This document shows, piece by piece, positions 29,713 through 43,004 of a stretch of 64,000 nucleotides of DNA (position 1 is its first letter; the number at the start of each line of letters is the position of its first letter). Source of the stretch: an uncultured Pelagibacteraceae bacterium. Lineage in GTDB: Bacteria > Pseudomonadota > Alphaproteobacteria > Pelagibacterales > AG-422-B15. The translations under genes were made by a program, and so were the position numbers. The notes under the pieces were generated by a model, which had not been told where the DNA came from, did no database searches, and saw only the letters and a program-made list of their open reading frames with translations. The DNA is taken from assembly GCA_902584215.1 (NCBI GenBank), contig CACHYW010000002.1:11506-75505 (forward strand). Direction: 5' to 3'.

Positions 29713-29728
29713 ACACAAGATTTTTTAA

Positions 29729-30133
29729 GTGACTAGAAATACTCATTCAAAACCTTTTAGCGACATAAATGTTACACCTTTTGTTGATGTAATGCTTGTT
29801 CTGCTTGTAATATTTATGGTTACTGCTCCATTACTAACAGTTGGTGTACAAGTAGATCTTCCTGAAAGTAATGCTGATTCACTTCAGTCTGATGATGAGC
29901 CAATGGAGGTAACTATCAATGAGGCTGGTACAATCTATATTCAAGAAACAGAAATAGCACTGGGTGAATTAATTCCTAAAATAAAAGCAATAACCGATAA
30001 TAGATTAGATACAAAGATATATGTTAGAGGTGATGAAGCAATTGATTACGGAAAAGTGATGAGAGTACTTGGGGAGTTATCTGGATCAGGCTTTTCAAAA
30101 GTTTCTTTAATTACAAAACCTGTAAGTGATTAA
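29729..30133 (+). CDS. tolR: Tol-Pal system protein TolR
   Basis: The ExbD/TolR pattern INVTPFVDVMLVLLVIFM. Confidence 0.8.
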   Translation: MTRNTHSKPFSDINVTPFVDVMLVLLVIFMVTAPLLTVGVQVDLPESNADSLQSDDEPMEVTINEAGTIYIQETEIALGELIPKIKAITDNRLDTKIYVRGDEAIDYGKVMRVLGELSGSGFSKVSLITKPVSD

Positions 30134-30149
30134 TTAATGGGACTCAAAT

Positions 30150-30962
30150 ATGAGAATTTCAGTTATAGGATCAGTATTACTACACTCATTCATCCTTTTT
30201 TTTACAATAGTTTCACTTCCTTTATTTAATAATAACGAACTTGAAATGCCACCTATCATTCAAGTTGAGCTGATTGAAATGGCAGAAAAAACAAATGTAC
30301 CTAAGATTAGTAAAAAAAAAGAGGATAAAAAACTAGAAAAAGAAAATAAAAAAGAAAAACAAAAGTTAAATCAACCAATTCAAAAGCCAAAAGAAGAAAA
30401 ATCAAATGAAAAAGTGAAAGATCCATTTACAGAAGAAAAAATTGAAAATAAAAAGATCGAGAAAAAAATGATTCAAAACATGCCAGTTAAAAAGCCAGAA
30501 ACAAAAAAGAAAGATAAATTTGATCCTCTCAAGCTAGCTGAGTTAATTGACAAGCAAAAAGATACAAAGCAAATAAATCCAGAAGATATTGTTGAAAAGG
30601 ATTATGAAGCTCTTGACTCAACGCCAAGTCTAGATAAACGACTTACTCTTAGCGAGGAAGATGCAATTAGAGCACAATTCATGCAATGTTGGAGCATACC
30701 ACTTGGAATTCCCTATGATGAAACAATGATTGTGAAAATAAAAATATTTTTAAATACAGATGGATCACTTTTAAAGCCACCAGAAGTTGTTCAACACGAA
30801 AGGATGAATAAGCCAGGTGAAAAATATTTTAGAACGCTCGCAGAGAGCGCTCTTAGGGCGGTAAGACGATGTGATCCAATTAAAGCGCCAGAAGCTGAGC
30901 GCTATGATAATTGGAAAAATTTACAGTTGAATTTTGATCCTAGAGAGATACTAAGAGGCTAA
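30150..30962 (+). CDS. tolA: TolA-like envelope-spanning protein
   Basis: N-terminal TM, long K/E-rich linker, conserved C-terminal domain; positioned between tolR and tolB. Confidence 0.65.
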   Translation: MRISVIGSVLLHSFILFFTIVSLPLFNNNELEMPPIIQVELIEMAEKTNVPKISKKKEDKKLEKENKKEKQKLNQPIQKPKEEKSNEKVKDPFTEEKIENKKIEKKMIQNMPVKKPETKKKDKFDPLKLAELIDKQKDTKQINPEDIVEKDYEALDSTPSLDKRLTLSEEDAIRAQFMQCWSIPLGIPYDETMIVKIKIFLNTDGSLLKPPEVVQHERMNKPGEKYFRTLAESALRAVRRCDPIKAPEAERYDNWKNLQLNFDPREILRG

Positions 30963-30964
30963 GA

Positions 30965-32287
30965 ATGAGAAAATTATTATTATACCTAATTCCTTTAATA
31001 TTATTTACCAACATTTCATATGCGTTAATTGAAATTGATATCACCGAAGGTAATCGAGAACCTCTTCCTCTTGCTATAAGTGAGTTCTTTCATGATAATA
31101 ATTCTGAAATTATTGATAAGAAAATAACAGAAAATATTAGAACAGTAATTTCCGATGACCTTGAAAGAAGTGGATTGTTCTCATCAATAGACGACAAGGC
31201 ATTCATTCAAAATAATCGTGCCATGCATTTAAAACCAAGATTTGCAGATTGGAGATTAATAAAAGCTCAAGGGTTACTTACAGGAGAACTTGCCATCGAA
31301 GACAATAGGCTAAAAGTGGAATTTCGTTTATGGGATACATTTGCGGAAAAAGAAATAGAGGGATTAGTTCTTATTACAACAATTGATAATTGGAGAAGAA
31401 TTAGTCACATGATTGCAGACAAAATATATGAAAGACTTACAGGTGAGGAAGGTTATTTTGATACAAGGATAGTTTATGTTGCCGAAGAGGGTCCAAAAAA
31501 CAAAAGAATAAAAAAACTAGCAATCATGGATCAAGATGGAGCTAACCACAAGTTTTTAACAAGTGGAAAAGAATTGGTATTAACTCCAAGATTTAATCCC
31601 GTGAGACAAGAGATTACATATCTCTCATATTTTAAAAATTTGCCCAGAGTTTACTTATTAAATATCCAAACAGGAATACAAGAAGTTGTTGGTGATTTTC
31701 CGGGAATGACTTTTGCGCCAAGATTTTCTCCAGATGGAGGAAAAATTATTATGAGCTTGGCAAGAGAGGGCAACTCCGACTTGTATGTAATGGATTTAAC
31801 AACTCGCGTTGTTGAACGACTAACTGACAGTCCTGCAATAGATACATCACCTAGTTACTCACCTGATGGTAAGAGAATTACATTCAATTCCGATAGAGGC
31901 GGATCCCAGCAAATTTACGTAATGGACAGCAATGGAAGAAATCAAAAAAGAATTTCAAAACAAGGAGGTAATTACGCAACGCCTGTCTGGTCTCCAAGAG
32001 GTGATCTTATTGCCTTTACAAAGTTTTTTCAGGGTCAATATTTTATTGGAGTAATGAGAACAGATGGAAGTGGCGAGAGACTATTAACTGAAAACTGGTA
32101 TCAAGAAGCGCCATCATGGTCATCGAATGGAAGGGTACTAATATTCTATCGTGAAACAAAAGCCAATAGTGCCGGGGATGGTCACTCTTCATCCATTTGG
32201 TCAATTGACCTGACTGGGTTTAACGAGAGAAAAATTATTACACCTGTTGATGCATCTGACCCATCTTGGTCAAAATTAATACAATAA
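30965..32287 (+). CDS. tolB: Tol-Pal system beta-propeller protein TolB
   Basis: Signal peptide, repeated P.(F/W)SPDG blades; 440 aa. Confidence 0.9.
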   Translation: MRKLLLYLIPLILFTNISYALIEIDITEGNREPLPLAISEFFHDNNSEIIDKKITENIRTVISDDLERSGLFSSIDDKAFIQNNRAMHLKPRFADWRLIKAQGLLTGELAIEDNRLKVEFRLWDTFAEKEIEGLVLITTIDNWRRISHMIADKIYERLTGEEGYFDTRIVYVAEEGPKNKRIKKLAIMDQDGANHKFLTSGKELVLTPRFNPVRQEITYLSYFKNLPRVYLLNIQTGIQEVVGDFPGMTFAPRFSPDGGKIIMSLAREGNSDLYVMDLTTRVVERLTDSPAIDTSPSYSPDGKRITFNSDRGGSQQIYVMDSNGRNQKRISKQGGNYATPVWSPRGDLIAFTKFFQGQYFIGVMRTDGSGERLLTENWYQEAPSWSSNGRVLIFYRETKANSAGDGHSSSIWSIDLTGFNERKIITPVDASDPSWSKLIQ

Positions 32288-32409
32288 GTTCAAATTTGCC
32301 TGAAAATTAGACATATTTTAAAGAATATGTAATAACTTTATCCTAGACTTGTGCAAGTTAAGTTAATAGAGTACTAACGGCTTTGAAAAAATTACGGGAG
32401 TTTATTAAA

Positions 32410-32934
32410 ATGGTTTCAAACTTTGAGAATTATACCAGATATTTGGTAATTGTATTATTCGCTTTGTTTTTGGCAGCATGTGAAACTGTGCCAAAAGAAT
32501 CTGCAACCTCATCAGCAACATCATCAACATCTTCAACTTCAGCTGTTGAAATTATAGATGGTGTTTACGTTGGATCAGATACTGTTGAAATGTTAGCGAT
32601 CGACGTTCCTGACAGAATATTTTTTGCATACGACAGCTATTCACTTACCAAAGCAGCTCAAAACACATTGGAAAAACAGGCTAAATGGTTAAAGGCCAAT
32701 GGATCAGCTACAATAGCTATTGAAGGGCATGCTGACGAAAGAGGAACTAGGGAATATAACTTGGCTCTTGGAGATCGCAGAGCAAACGCTGCTAAAGATT
32801 ATTTGATGACACAAGGGATTAGTTCTAGCAGAGTAACTACTATTAGTTTTGGCAAGGAAAGACCTGTGAATAGTGGCTCAAATAAAAAAGCCTGGGCTCA
32901 AAACAGAAGATCAGTAACCGTAAGAACAAATTAA
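32410..32934 (+). CDS. pal: Peptidoglycan-associated lipoprotein Pal (OmpA domain)
   Basis: Lipobox LFLAAC, S/T-rich linker, GHADERGTREYNLALGDRRA. The in-frame ATG at 32410 is preferred to the track TTG at 32383. Confidence 0.85.
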   Translation: MVSNFENYTRYLVIVLFALFLAACETVPKESATSSATSSTSSTSAVEIIDGVYVGSDTVEMLAIDVPDRIFFAYDSYSLTKAAQNTLEKQAKWLKANGSATIAIEGHADERGTREYNLALGDRRANAAKDYLMTQGISSSRVTTISFGKERPVNSGSNKKAWAQNRRSVTVRTN

Positions 32935-33006
32935 ATAGATATTTAATTATTCACGCCTTTATTTAGACAAAAGATGAGTCTAGGCTTATAAAAATTATTT
33001 ATTTTT

Positions 33007-34044
33007 ATGATCAATATGATTTATCTATATTTTTGTGTTACTATAATAGCTCTTACACTATTTAATCCAGTTTTGTATGCAGAAGAAATTCCATTAGATA
33101 AACTTCTTCAAAAGCTAGAAACAATCGAAAGTAGAATAAAGGTTCTTGAAAAAGCAACTTTTAACAATACAACTTCTGGTCAAGGAAATAATTTAAGTCT
33201 TGATGATTATCAATCAATTATCGCAAAACAATCTATTCAAATAGCAGAACTTCAAAATGAAATTCAATCTCTAACAGCTCAAATTGAAGAAATGATTTTT
33301 ACGATGCAATCTACTGTAAATAATTTTAATACATTCAAAGAAGATGCAGAGTATAGATTTACAGATTTAAACACTAAAGCTGAGAACATGGAAAAAGTTC
33401 AAAATAACGTCCAACCTAATACTTTAAGTGTAATGCAAAGCGAAATGTTTTTAACTGATGAAGATGAATTAGATTTAGAGCCAAAATCACTTGGAACTAT
33501 AAATATGTCAAGCTTACCTGAAGAGGAAAATTCACCTTTTGAAGTAAAAATTAATAATGAAGGTGAGGAGCAACAAATTATAAATACAGTATCGCAAGAT
33601 AATATTGTGTCCCTTGGGGAACAACAAACGCCTTTAACAATACTGCCGGAGAGTGATGAAAAAAGCCAGTATGAATATGCCTTTAATTTACTTAAGCAAG
33701 GTGACTATGAAACAGCAGAAAAAGCGTTTACAGAATTCATTACCATTGGGGGTGATAGGAATTACCTAAGTAATTCCCATTTTTGGCTAGCTGAGACTTA
33801 TTACGTCAGAGAAAACTATAAAGACGCTGCTAAAAATTATTTAAGTCTCTATCAAACATTTCCAAATGCAAACAAGGCACCAGATGCCCTACTGAAATTA
33901 GGAATTTCATTAGTAAATATGCAACAAAAAGAACAGGGATGTATAACATTTATGCAATTGCAAGAATCATACCCTGAAGCTAATCCTTCAATCATTGATA
34001 GAAGCAACTTAGAATTAAAAAGAAATGGTTGTGAAATTAGTTAA
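33007..34044 (+). CDS. cpoB: Tol-Pal system protein CpoB/YbgF (coiled coil + TPR)
   Basis: Signal peptide, coiled coil, C-terminal TPR region (YEYAFNLLKQGDYETA...); located downstream of pal. Confidence 0.7.
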   Translation: MINMIYLYFCVTIIALTLFNPVLYAEEIPLDKLLQKLETIESRIKVLEKATFNNTTSGQGNNLSLDDYQSIIAKQSIQIAELQNEIQSLTAQIEEMIFTMQSTVNNFNTFKEDAEYRFTDLNTKAENMEKVQNNVQPNTLSVMQSEMFLTDEDELDLEPKSLGTINMSSLPEEENSPFEVKINNEGEEQQIINTVSQDNIVSLGEQQTPLTILPESDEKSQYEYAFNLLKQGDYETAEKAFTEFITIGGDRNYLSNSHFWLAETYYVRENYKDAAKNYLSLYQTFPNANKAPDALLKLGISLVNMQQKEQGCITFMQLQESYPEANPSIIDRSNLELKRNGCEIS

Positions 34045-35116
34045 GCCAATTAATTATAAAAATATAAAGAAGATCACTGATGCAGATTTTGAAAAACAAC
34101 TTAAGTTTCTTGGTGTAAATACAAATTTTGTCGTTGCTCTTTCGGGTGGTCCAGACAGCTTGGCGCTCTTATACCTGTCTAAAAATTTTGCTAAAAAAAA
34201 TAAATTAAAATTTACAGCTGTTTCAATAGATCATAGGTTGCGTGAGGACTCATCTATTGAAATTAAATGGATAAAGGAGCTTATGAAAAAAGAAAAAGTA
34301 AGTTTTGTATCAAAAAAAGTTGTTAAAAAAATAAGTAGCTCTAATACACTTTCAACAGCCAGGAAACATCGATATGAACTATTAACAGATGTTTGTAGAA
34401 AAAATAAATTTAAATATTTATTAACCGCCCATCATTTAGACGATGAAATTGAAACATTTTTAATGAGGTTAATCAGAGGAAGTGGAATAAAGGGCCTATC
34501 ATCTTTAAAGCCAGTATCTAAGTATAAAGGAGGAGGGATTAGCATTGTTAGACCTTTATTAAAATATTCAAAGAAATGTTTGATTAAGTATTTAGCAAAA
34601 ATGAAACAACCTTATATTTATGATAACACAAATCAAGATATGAAGTACGATAGGTCTCGTATAAGAGCGATTTCTGAAAATTTAATTAATGAGGGATTGG
34701 ATAAGAAAAGAATTCTAGAAGTTATACAAAATTTAAAAAAAGCAGATGAAGCAATTACTGTGTCAGTAAATAATTATTTAAAAAAATATATTTCACTGGG
34801 TAGAAATAGCACTTTAAAGTTTAATAATAAGAAATTTAAAAAAGCACCAGTTGAAATACAATATCGTATTATTAATAAACTTTGTCGTCTTGTAGGCAAT
34901 AAGGATAAGGTACCCAGATCAAAGTCCCTCCAAAATCTTATTGAAAAAATAAATGCTGGAGATGTTAAAAGTCATACTTTAAATGGATGCATATTCATGG
35001 TTAAAAGAGAAGAAATTCTAATATCAAAAGAAAAAAGAGGTAGCCCCCTTTCGGGGCAGAATTTCAAAGTTATTCTTGAAAATGAGAATTGGCCAAAATT
35101 AATAGAGCATTATTAG
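34025..35116 (+). CDS. tilS: tRNA(Ile)-lysidine synthase
   Basis: PP-loop motif ALSGGPDSLAL. Confidence 0.8.
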   Translation: MVVKLVKPINYKNIKKITDADFEKQLKFLGVNTNFVVALSGGPDSLALLYLSKNFAKKNKLKFTAVSIDHRLREDSSIEIKWIKELMKKEKVSFVSKKVVKKISSSNTLSTARKHRYELLTDVCRKNKFKYLLTAHHLDDEIETFLMRLIRGSGIKGLSSLKPVSKYKGGGISIVRPLLKYSKKCLIKYLAKMKQPYIYDNTNQDMKYDRSRIRAISENLINEGLDKKRILEVIQNLKKADEAITVSVNNYLKKYISLGRNSTLKFNNKKFKKAPVEIQYRIINKLCRLVGNKDKVPRSKSLQNLIEKINAGDVKSHTLNGCIFMVKREEILISKEKRGSPLSGQNFKVILENENWPKLIEHY

Positions 35117-35212
35117 TGGTAAGCAATTGATATATATTGTTAAAATTTATACCTTTCTTTTCTTGCATGCCGTAAAATAGTAATTATTTAATATAATGAA
35201 TAATTTAAAAAA

Positions 35213-37123
35213 ATGAATTTCAGAAATATTACACTTTGGGTTTTTATTGCCCTTATCGTTTTTGGCCTATTTAATCTTTTCAGCAACACCAGTGGGGAAA
35301 GAAATGTAATAGATCTTACATATTCTCAATTTCTTGATGAAGTAGAAGCTGGGTCAGTTAAAGATGTGGTCATAAGAGGTAGTAATATTAATGGCGCATT
35401 TGATGATGGGCGTTCTTTTAAGACATATGCTGCAAACGACCCTACTCTTGTAGACAGATTAAATGAAAGAGGTGTAAATATCTCTGCTGCTCCTCTTGAC
35501 GATGGCTATCCTTCACTATTGGGAGTGCTTATTTCATGGTTCCCTATGCTATTGCTTATAGGTGTATGGATTTTCTTTATGAGGCAAATGCAAGGTGGTA
35601 GAGGTGGAGCAATGGGTTTTGGAAGATCAAAAGCAAAACTTTTAACTGAAAACAAAAATAAAGTAACTTTTAATGATGTAGCAGGAATAGATGAAGCAAA
35701 GGAAGAACTTGTAGAGATTGTAGACTTTTTAAAGGATCCAAGAAAATTCCAAAAGCTTGGCGGAAGAATTCCAAAAGGAGCATTGTTAATTGGTCCCCCA
35801 GGAACAGGTAAAACACTTTTAGCAAGAGCTGTTGCGGGTGAAGCTGGCGTCCCATTTTTTACAATTTCGGGTTCTGACTTTGTAGAAATGTTTGTTGGCG
35901 TGGGAGCTTCAAGAGTTAGAGACATGTTTGAGCAAGGAAGAAGAAATTCTCCATGTATAATATTTATTGATGAAATTGATGCTGTTGGAAGAAGCCGTGG
36001 AGCAGGTCTTGGTGGCGGTAATGATGAAAGAGAGCAAACATTAAACCAAATTCTTGTAGAAATGGATGGTTTTGATACCCAAGAGGGTATTATATTGGTT
36101 GCTGCAACAAACAGACCAGATGTATTAGACCCAGCTTTATTAAGACCCGGCAGGTTTGATAGACAAGTGGTAGTTCCAAATCCAGATATTATGGGCAGAG
36201 AAGCAATTCTAAAAGTTCATATTAAAAAAATATCAGTTGCCCCCGATGTAGATATTAGAACAATTGCAAGAGGAACACCTGGTTTTTCAGGAGCCGATCT
36301 AGCTAATATTGTTAATGAGTCTGCATTACTTGCTGCAAGAAAAAATAAAAAAATTGTGACGATGGTAGACTTCGAGGAAGCAAAAGATAAAGTCATGATG
36401 GGCTCGGAGAGAAGATCTCTTGTTATGAGTCAGGAAGAAAAAGAGTTAACAGCTTATCACGAAGGTGGTCACGCTATTGTAGCTTTAAACCAACCCGCAT
36501 CAGATCCAATTCATAAGGCTACAATCATACCACGTGGTAGAGCCTTAGGAATGGTTATGAGACTTCCTGAGCGAGATCAGTTATCAATGGCAAGAGAAAA
36601 GATGCTTGCTGATATCACTGTTGCCATGGGAGGAAGAGTAGCAGAAGAAATAATTTTTGGTGATGATAAGGTAACATCAGGTGCATCATCTGATATTGAA
36701 ATGGCAACTAAGATGGCAAGAAATATGGTTACCAAATACGGAATGAGTGAAAAGCTTGGACCACTTCAGTACAGTGAAAACGAGGAAGAAGTTTTCTTAG
36801 GTAGATCAGTTCAAAAACATCAGAATGTTTCAGAAGACACAGCAAAATTAATTGATTCTGAGATTAGAATAATCGTTGATACGTGCTATGATCTTGCAAA
36901 GAAGATCCTTACTGATAAAATTGAAGATCTTCATGTACTTGCAAAAGGCTTAATTGAATATGAAACTTTGAATGGAGAGGAAATATTGTCGTTGCTTAAG
37001 GATGGAAAAATTGACAGACCAAACCCTGAAGAGGAAATTAGCAATGCTGGTCCATCTGTACCTAAAAGTGGAAAACCTTCAACAGTTGTTCCTGGTTTCA
37101 AGCCTAAACCACAGACTAGTTAA
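35213..37123 (+). CDS. ftsH: ATP-dependent zinc metalloprotease FtsH
   Basis: Walker [19 protein letters not shown] and zinc site HEGGHA. Confidence 0.95.
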   Translation: MNFRNITLWVFIALIVFGLFNLFSNTSGERNVIDLTYSQFLDEVEAGSVKDVVIRGSNINGAFDDGRSFKTYAANDPTLVDRLNERGVNISAAPLDDGYPSLLGVLISWFPMLLLIGVWIFFMRQMQGGRGGAMGFGRSKAKLLTENKNKVTFNDVAGIDEAKEELVEIVDFLKDPRKFQKLGGRIPKGALLIGPPGTGKTLLARAVAGEAGVPFFTISGSDFVEMFVGVGASRVRDMFEQGRRNSPCIIFIDEIDAVGRSRGAGLGGGNDEREQTLNQILVEMDGFDTQEGIILVAATNRPDVLDPALLRPGRFDRQVVVPNPDIMGREAILKVHIKKISVAPDVDIRTIARGTPGFSGADLANIVNESALLAARKNKKIVTMVDFEEAKDKVMMGSERRSLVMSQEEKELTAYHEGGHAIVALNQPASDPIHKATIIPRGRALGMVMRLPERDQLSMAREKMLADITVAMGGRVAEEIIFGDDKVTSGASSDIEMATKMARNMVTKYGMSEKLGPLQYSENEEEVFLGRSVQKHQNVSEDTAKLIDSEIRIIVDTCYDLAKKILTDKIEDLHVLAKGLIEYETLNGEEILSLLKDGKIDRPNPEEEISNAGPSVPKSGKPSTVVPGFKPKPQTS

Positions 37124-37135
37124 ACTGAATTAAAT

Positions 37136-38191
37136 ATGACTGCTGCGCGTAAACTTGTAAAGTATTACGTCAGGCCCATATTGGATAATAGTAAAAATAA
37201 AGACTCTCTGAAACTTGGCTCTTCCAAACTTTATTTTGATAGAATTGAATTAATTAAAAGAAATGGTAAAAATATTTCATCAAAATATCTCCATTTAAAT
37301 GAGGTCAATAGTCTATCAAGAGACATTAGAAAGACAATCAATATTCAACTCAAAAAAATAACAAAAACCAGAAAGAAAATTAAAAATTTAAAATTTAATA
37401 AACCCTTAATAATGGGAATATTAAATGTCACCCCAGATAGTTTTTCTGATGGAGGAGAATTTTTATCAGTCAATGCCGCGTTTTCACAATATAAAAAGTT
37501 AAAGAAAGAAGGCGCTGCCATAGTTGACGTTGGAGGAGAGTCTACACGACCTGGGTCAAAGACAGTCCCAGCTAAAAAAGAACTTCAAAGAATAATGCCA
37601 GTTATTGATCAAATTAAGAGTAATTCAAAAAATTCATTAGTTTCAGTTGATACAAGAAAATCTAAAGTGATGAAAGCTGTAATGAAATATAATATTGATT
37701 TTATCAATGATGTCTCGGGATTAAGGTATGACAGTAAAGCTATTAGTTTTTTAAATAATGCTAAAATTCCTTTCATTATAATGCATTCAATTTCTAATCC
37801 TGCGAACATGCAAAAATCAATTAAATACAAAGATGTTTTACTTGATGTTTATGATTTTTTAGAAAAGCAAATAAAAAAATGTAAATCAAAAGGCATATCT
37901 GAAAACAAAATTATTATCGATCCAGGCATTGGCTTCGGTAAGACTCTGAAACAAAATTTGACACTTATAAAAAAGATTAGTTTACTTCATTCGCTTGGCC
38001 AGCCAGTAATGTTAGGTAGTTCTCGAAAAAGTTTTATTGGAAAGATACAAAAAAATGAATTATACGATGATCGTAAAGGGGGATCGATAGCTTCAGTTTT
38101 ATACGGTCTGTCTCAAGGTATTCAAATATTCCGAGTGCATGACGTATATGAGACAAACCAAGCAATAAAAGTCTATTCGAAATTAATATGA
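37136..38191 (+). CDS. folP: Dihydropteroate synthase with ~90-aa N-terminal extension
   Basis: The core starts at IMGILNVTPDSFSDGG (residue ~92) and includes GGESTRPG. Confidence 0.85.
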   Translation: MTAARKLVKYYVRPILDNSKNKDSLKLGSSKLYFDRIELIKRNGKNISSKYLHLNEVNSLSRDIRKTINIQLKKITKTRKKIKNLKFNKPLIMGILNVTPDSFSDGGEFLSVNAAFSQYKKLKKEGAAIVDVGGESTRPGSKTVPAKKELQRIMPVIDQIKSNSKNSLVSVDTRKSKVMKAVMKYNIDFINDVSGLRYDSKAISFLNNAKIPFIIMHSISNPANMQKSIKYKDVLLDVYDFLEKQIKKCKSKGISENKIIIDPGIGFGKTLKQNLTLIKKISLLHSLGQPVMLGSSRKSFIGKIQKNELYDDRKGGSIASVLYGLSQGIQIFRVHDVYETNQAIKVYSKLI

Positions 38192-39522
38192 AAAAAAAAT
38201 ATTTTGGAACAGATGGAATTCGAGCAAGTTCAAACAGCGATAAATTAAATGGACCTACCCTAATTAATCTAGGGATGGCACTTGGAAAATATTTTACTAA
38301 AGGAGATCACAGGCATAAGGTTGTTATTGGGAAAGATACCAGGCTTTCTGGTTACATGATCGAACAGGCTTTAACATCTGGCTTACTTTCAATGGGCATG
38401 GATGTTTTTTTATTTGGACCGATTCCAACTCCTGCAGTCTCAATGTTAACAAGGTCAATGCGAGCTGATCTTGGAATTATGATTACAGCATCTCATAATA
38501 AATATCATGATAACGGTTTAAAGATATTTGATAGACTTGGTAACAAGCTCTCTGATGAGTCAGAGCTAGAGATAGAAAATCTAATGGAGAGTAAACTTGA
38601 AGAGTCTCTTGCCATGCCTGAAAATATAGGTAGAGCTCAAAGATTAGAAGATGCAAATGGAAGGTATATAGAATATTTGAAAAATACATTTCCAAAGACC
38701 CAACGACTTGATGGATTAAAAATAGCTGTTGATTGTGCTCATGGTGCTTCATATATATCAGCTCCTCTTATCTTATGGGAGTTAGGAGCAGAGGTAGTTC
38801 AAATTGGAACTCAGCCAAATGGAATAAATATCAATGATAAGTGTGGCTCAACTAATACCGATTTATTAGCAAAAACAGTAATAGAGGAAAAAGCTGATAT
38901 AGGCATTGCATTGGATGGAGATGGAGACCGGTTAGCGATAGTCGATGAAAAAGGAAATGTCATTAATGGCGACCAAATCCTTGCGTTGTTAGCATTACAT
39001 ATGAGCAAAAAAAATTTACTCCAAAAAAATAAAGTTGTTGGAACTTCAATGGCTAATATAGGGTTAGAAAACCTTCTCAATAAGAATAATATTGAATTAG
39101 TTAGAGCAAATGTTGGCGATAGATATGTCAAAGAAAAAATGATTCAAGAAAATCTTAATTTAGGTGGAGAGCAATCAGGTCATATTATCATGAGGGATTA
39201 CACATCCTCTGGTGATGGTATTATTGTTGCCCTACAAATACTTGCAATTATCATTCAAAATAAAAAACAGGCTAGTGAAATTTTTAATTTATTTACTCCA
39301 CATCCTCAAAACCTCATTAATTTTGAAATTAAAACTAAGAATATTTTGGAAAATGATGAAACTAAGAATTTTATTAAAAAGTGTGAGGAAGAAGTTGCAG
39401 GTGAAGGTAGAATCGTTGTTAGAATGTCTGGTACAGAACCACTTTTGAGAGTTATGATAGAGTGTAAAAGTCAGAATAAAATTGATAAATTAACTAAAAA
39501 CGTTACTAAATATTTTTCTTAA
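38188..39522 (+). CDS. glmM: Phosphoglucosamine mutase
   Basis: FGTDGIR and the phosphoserine loop GIMITASHN. Confidence 0.9.
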   Translation: MKKKYFGTDGIRASSNSDKLNGPTLINLGMALGKYFTKGDHRHKVVIGKDTRLSGYMIEQALTSGLLSMGMDVFLFGPIPTPAVSMLTRSMRADLGIMITASHNKYHDNGLKIFDRLGNKLSDESELEIENLMESKLEESLAMPENIGRAQRLEDANGRYIEYLKNTFPKTQRLDGLKIAVDCAHGASYISAPLILWELGAEVVQIGTQPNGININDKCGSTNTDLLAKTVIEEKADIGIALDGDGDRLAIVDEKGNVINGDQILALLALHMSKKNLLQKNKVVGTSMANIGLENLLNKNNIELVRANVGDRYVKEKMIQENLNLGGEQSGHIIMRDYTSSGDGIIVALQILAIIIQNKKQASEIFNLFTPHPQNLINFEIKTKNILENDETKNFIKKCEEEVAGEGRIVVRMSGTEPLLRVMIECKSQNKIDKLTKNVTKYFS

Positions 39523-39534
39523 TATCTAGGATAA

Positions 39535-41708
<2,174 letters not shown>

Positions 41709-41745
41709 ATATTAGATATGGTGCTTATATGCTTATTTTCAATGC

Positions 41746-42717
41746 TCAGCTTTTAATAGAATTTATTAAATTGCTCAAGTAATCTGGGATAACTGACTGA
41801 AATAATTGAATTTTTTCTTTGTGAGGATGAACAAAGCCAAGACTCTTGGCATGCAGAGCTTGCCCTGGCAGCGCATTAATCGCAGAAATTGCAATAGCTG
41901 ATAATTGTTTCAGTTTACTTTGAGGGGATCTTCCATAGGTCTTATCTCCTATGAGAGGATGACCCTTGTCAGTCATATGAACTCTAATTTGATGAGTCCT
42001 GCCAGTATGAAGCTTACATTCAATTACACTTGCAATTGTATTACCTTTACTGTTTTTTAAATTTTCAATGGTTTTATAATTCGTTATTGCTTCTTTACCC
42101 TTTATCTTAGAGCTCATCATTTTTGTTCTATTTTTATTACTTCTTGAAATTAAAGACGATATTTTTCCACTTGCAGGTTTTATTAATCCCCAGCAGACAG
42201 CCATGTATTCTCTTCTAATGGAATGATCAGCAAATTGAAGTGAAAGGTGTTGGTGACTGAAGTCATTTTTTGCCACAACAACGAGTCCACTTGTATCTTT
42301 ATCTATTCGGTGAACTATCCCAGGTCTTTGGGAGTCTCCAACAAATTTTAAACTATTTCCACAATGGTTGATTAAAGCATTTACAATGGTACCTGATTTG
42401 TTACCAGCACCCGGATGCATTACGATGCCAGCAGGTTTATCAATTACTATTAAATCTTCATCTTCGTAAACAATATTAAGTTCAATTTTTTCACTTTTTA
42501 AAGAAGTTTCATATTTAATCTCTTCTGTAACTTTAATTTTATCTTTAAGAGAAATTTTGTAGTCTGGATCTTCCCATTTGCCATTCACTAGTACCATTTT
42601 ATTATTTATTAAAAGCTTAATTTTTGATCGACTCAGATGAGTCAGTTCTAATGAAATGTATTTATCAAGTCTCAACCCGTTATACTTGATATCATTGACT
42701 TTATATTCATAGATCAT
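41746..42717 (-). CDS. rluD: 23S rRNA pseudouridine synthase (RluA/RluD family)
   Basis: N-terminal S4 domain and catalytic HRIDKDTSG. Confidence 0.85.
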   Translation of the reverse strand: MIYEYKVNDIKYNGLRLDKYISLELTHLSRSKIKLLINNKMVLVNGKWEDPDYKISLKDKIKVTEEIKYETSLKSEKIELNIVYEDEDLIVIDKPAGIVMHPGAGNKSGTIVNALINHCGNSLKFVGDSQRPGIVHRIDKDTSGLVVVAKNDFSHQHLSLQFADHSIRREYMAVCWGLIKPASGKISSLISRSNKNRTKMMSSKIKGKEAITNYKTIENLKNSKGNTIASVIECKLHTGRTHQIRVHMTDKGHPLIGDKTYGRSPQSKLKQLSAIAISAINALPGQALHAKSLGFVHPHKEKIQLFQSVIPDYLSNLINSIKS

Positions 42718-42731
42718 TAATAGTATTTTAA

Positions 42732-43004
42732 ATGAACCAGAGAATATTACTATTCATAGTTATTTTTTTAGGATTTTTAATTATTGTTGGTACAACCGTG
42801 GTAATCACAACAGTTATTGAAAGATCAAGAAATGTAGATTTTTTCGAAAATACTACTAATACTGAATTTCATAGTACATGTGGAACATCAGGTATCGAAG
42901 ATGTTATTAAACTCGAAGATCAAAAAATATTGCTTAAATGTTTTGATGGTCCGGTATACATTTATGACTCTAAGAAAAACCAAATTATTACTGAAATCAA
43001 TTAA
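42732..43004 (+). CDS. Hypothetical membrane-anchored small protein
   Basis: One N-terminal TM (ILLFIVIFLGFLIIVGTTVVITTVI); no family recognised. Confidence 0.35.
   Translation: MNQRILLFIVIFLGFLIIVGTTVVITTVIERSRNVDFFENTTNTEFHSTCGTSGIEDVIKLEDQKILLKCFDGPVYIYDSKKNQIITEIN

Noticed and set aside
30290-30520. Purine-rich repetitive stretch that looks like a tandem repeat.
   Set aside because: It is the in-frame K/E-rich linker of TolA ([17 protein letters not shown]...). This is low-complexity coding sequence without a fixed repeat unit or spacers, so it is not a CRISPR or VNTR.
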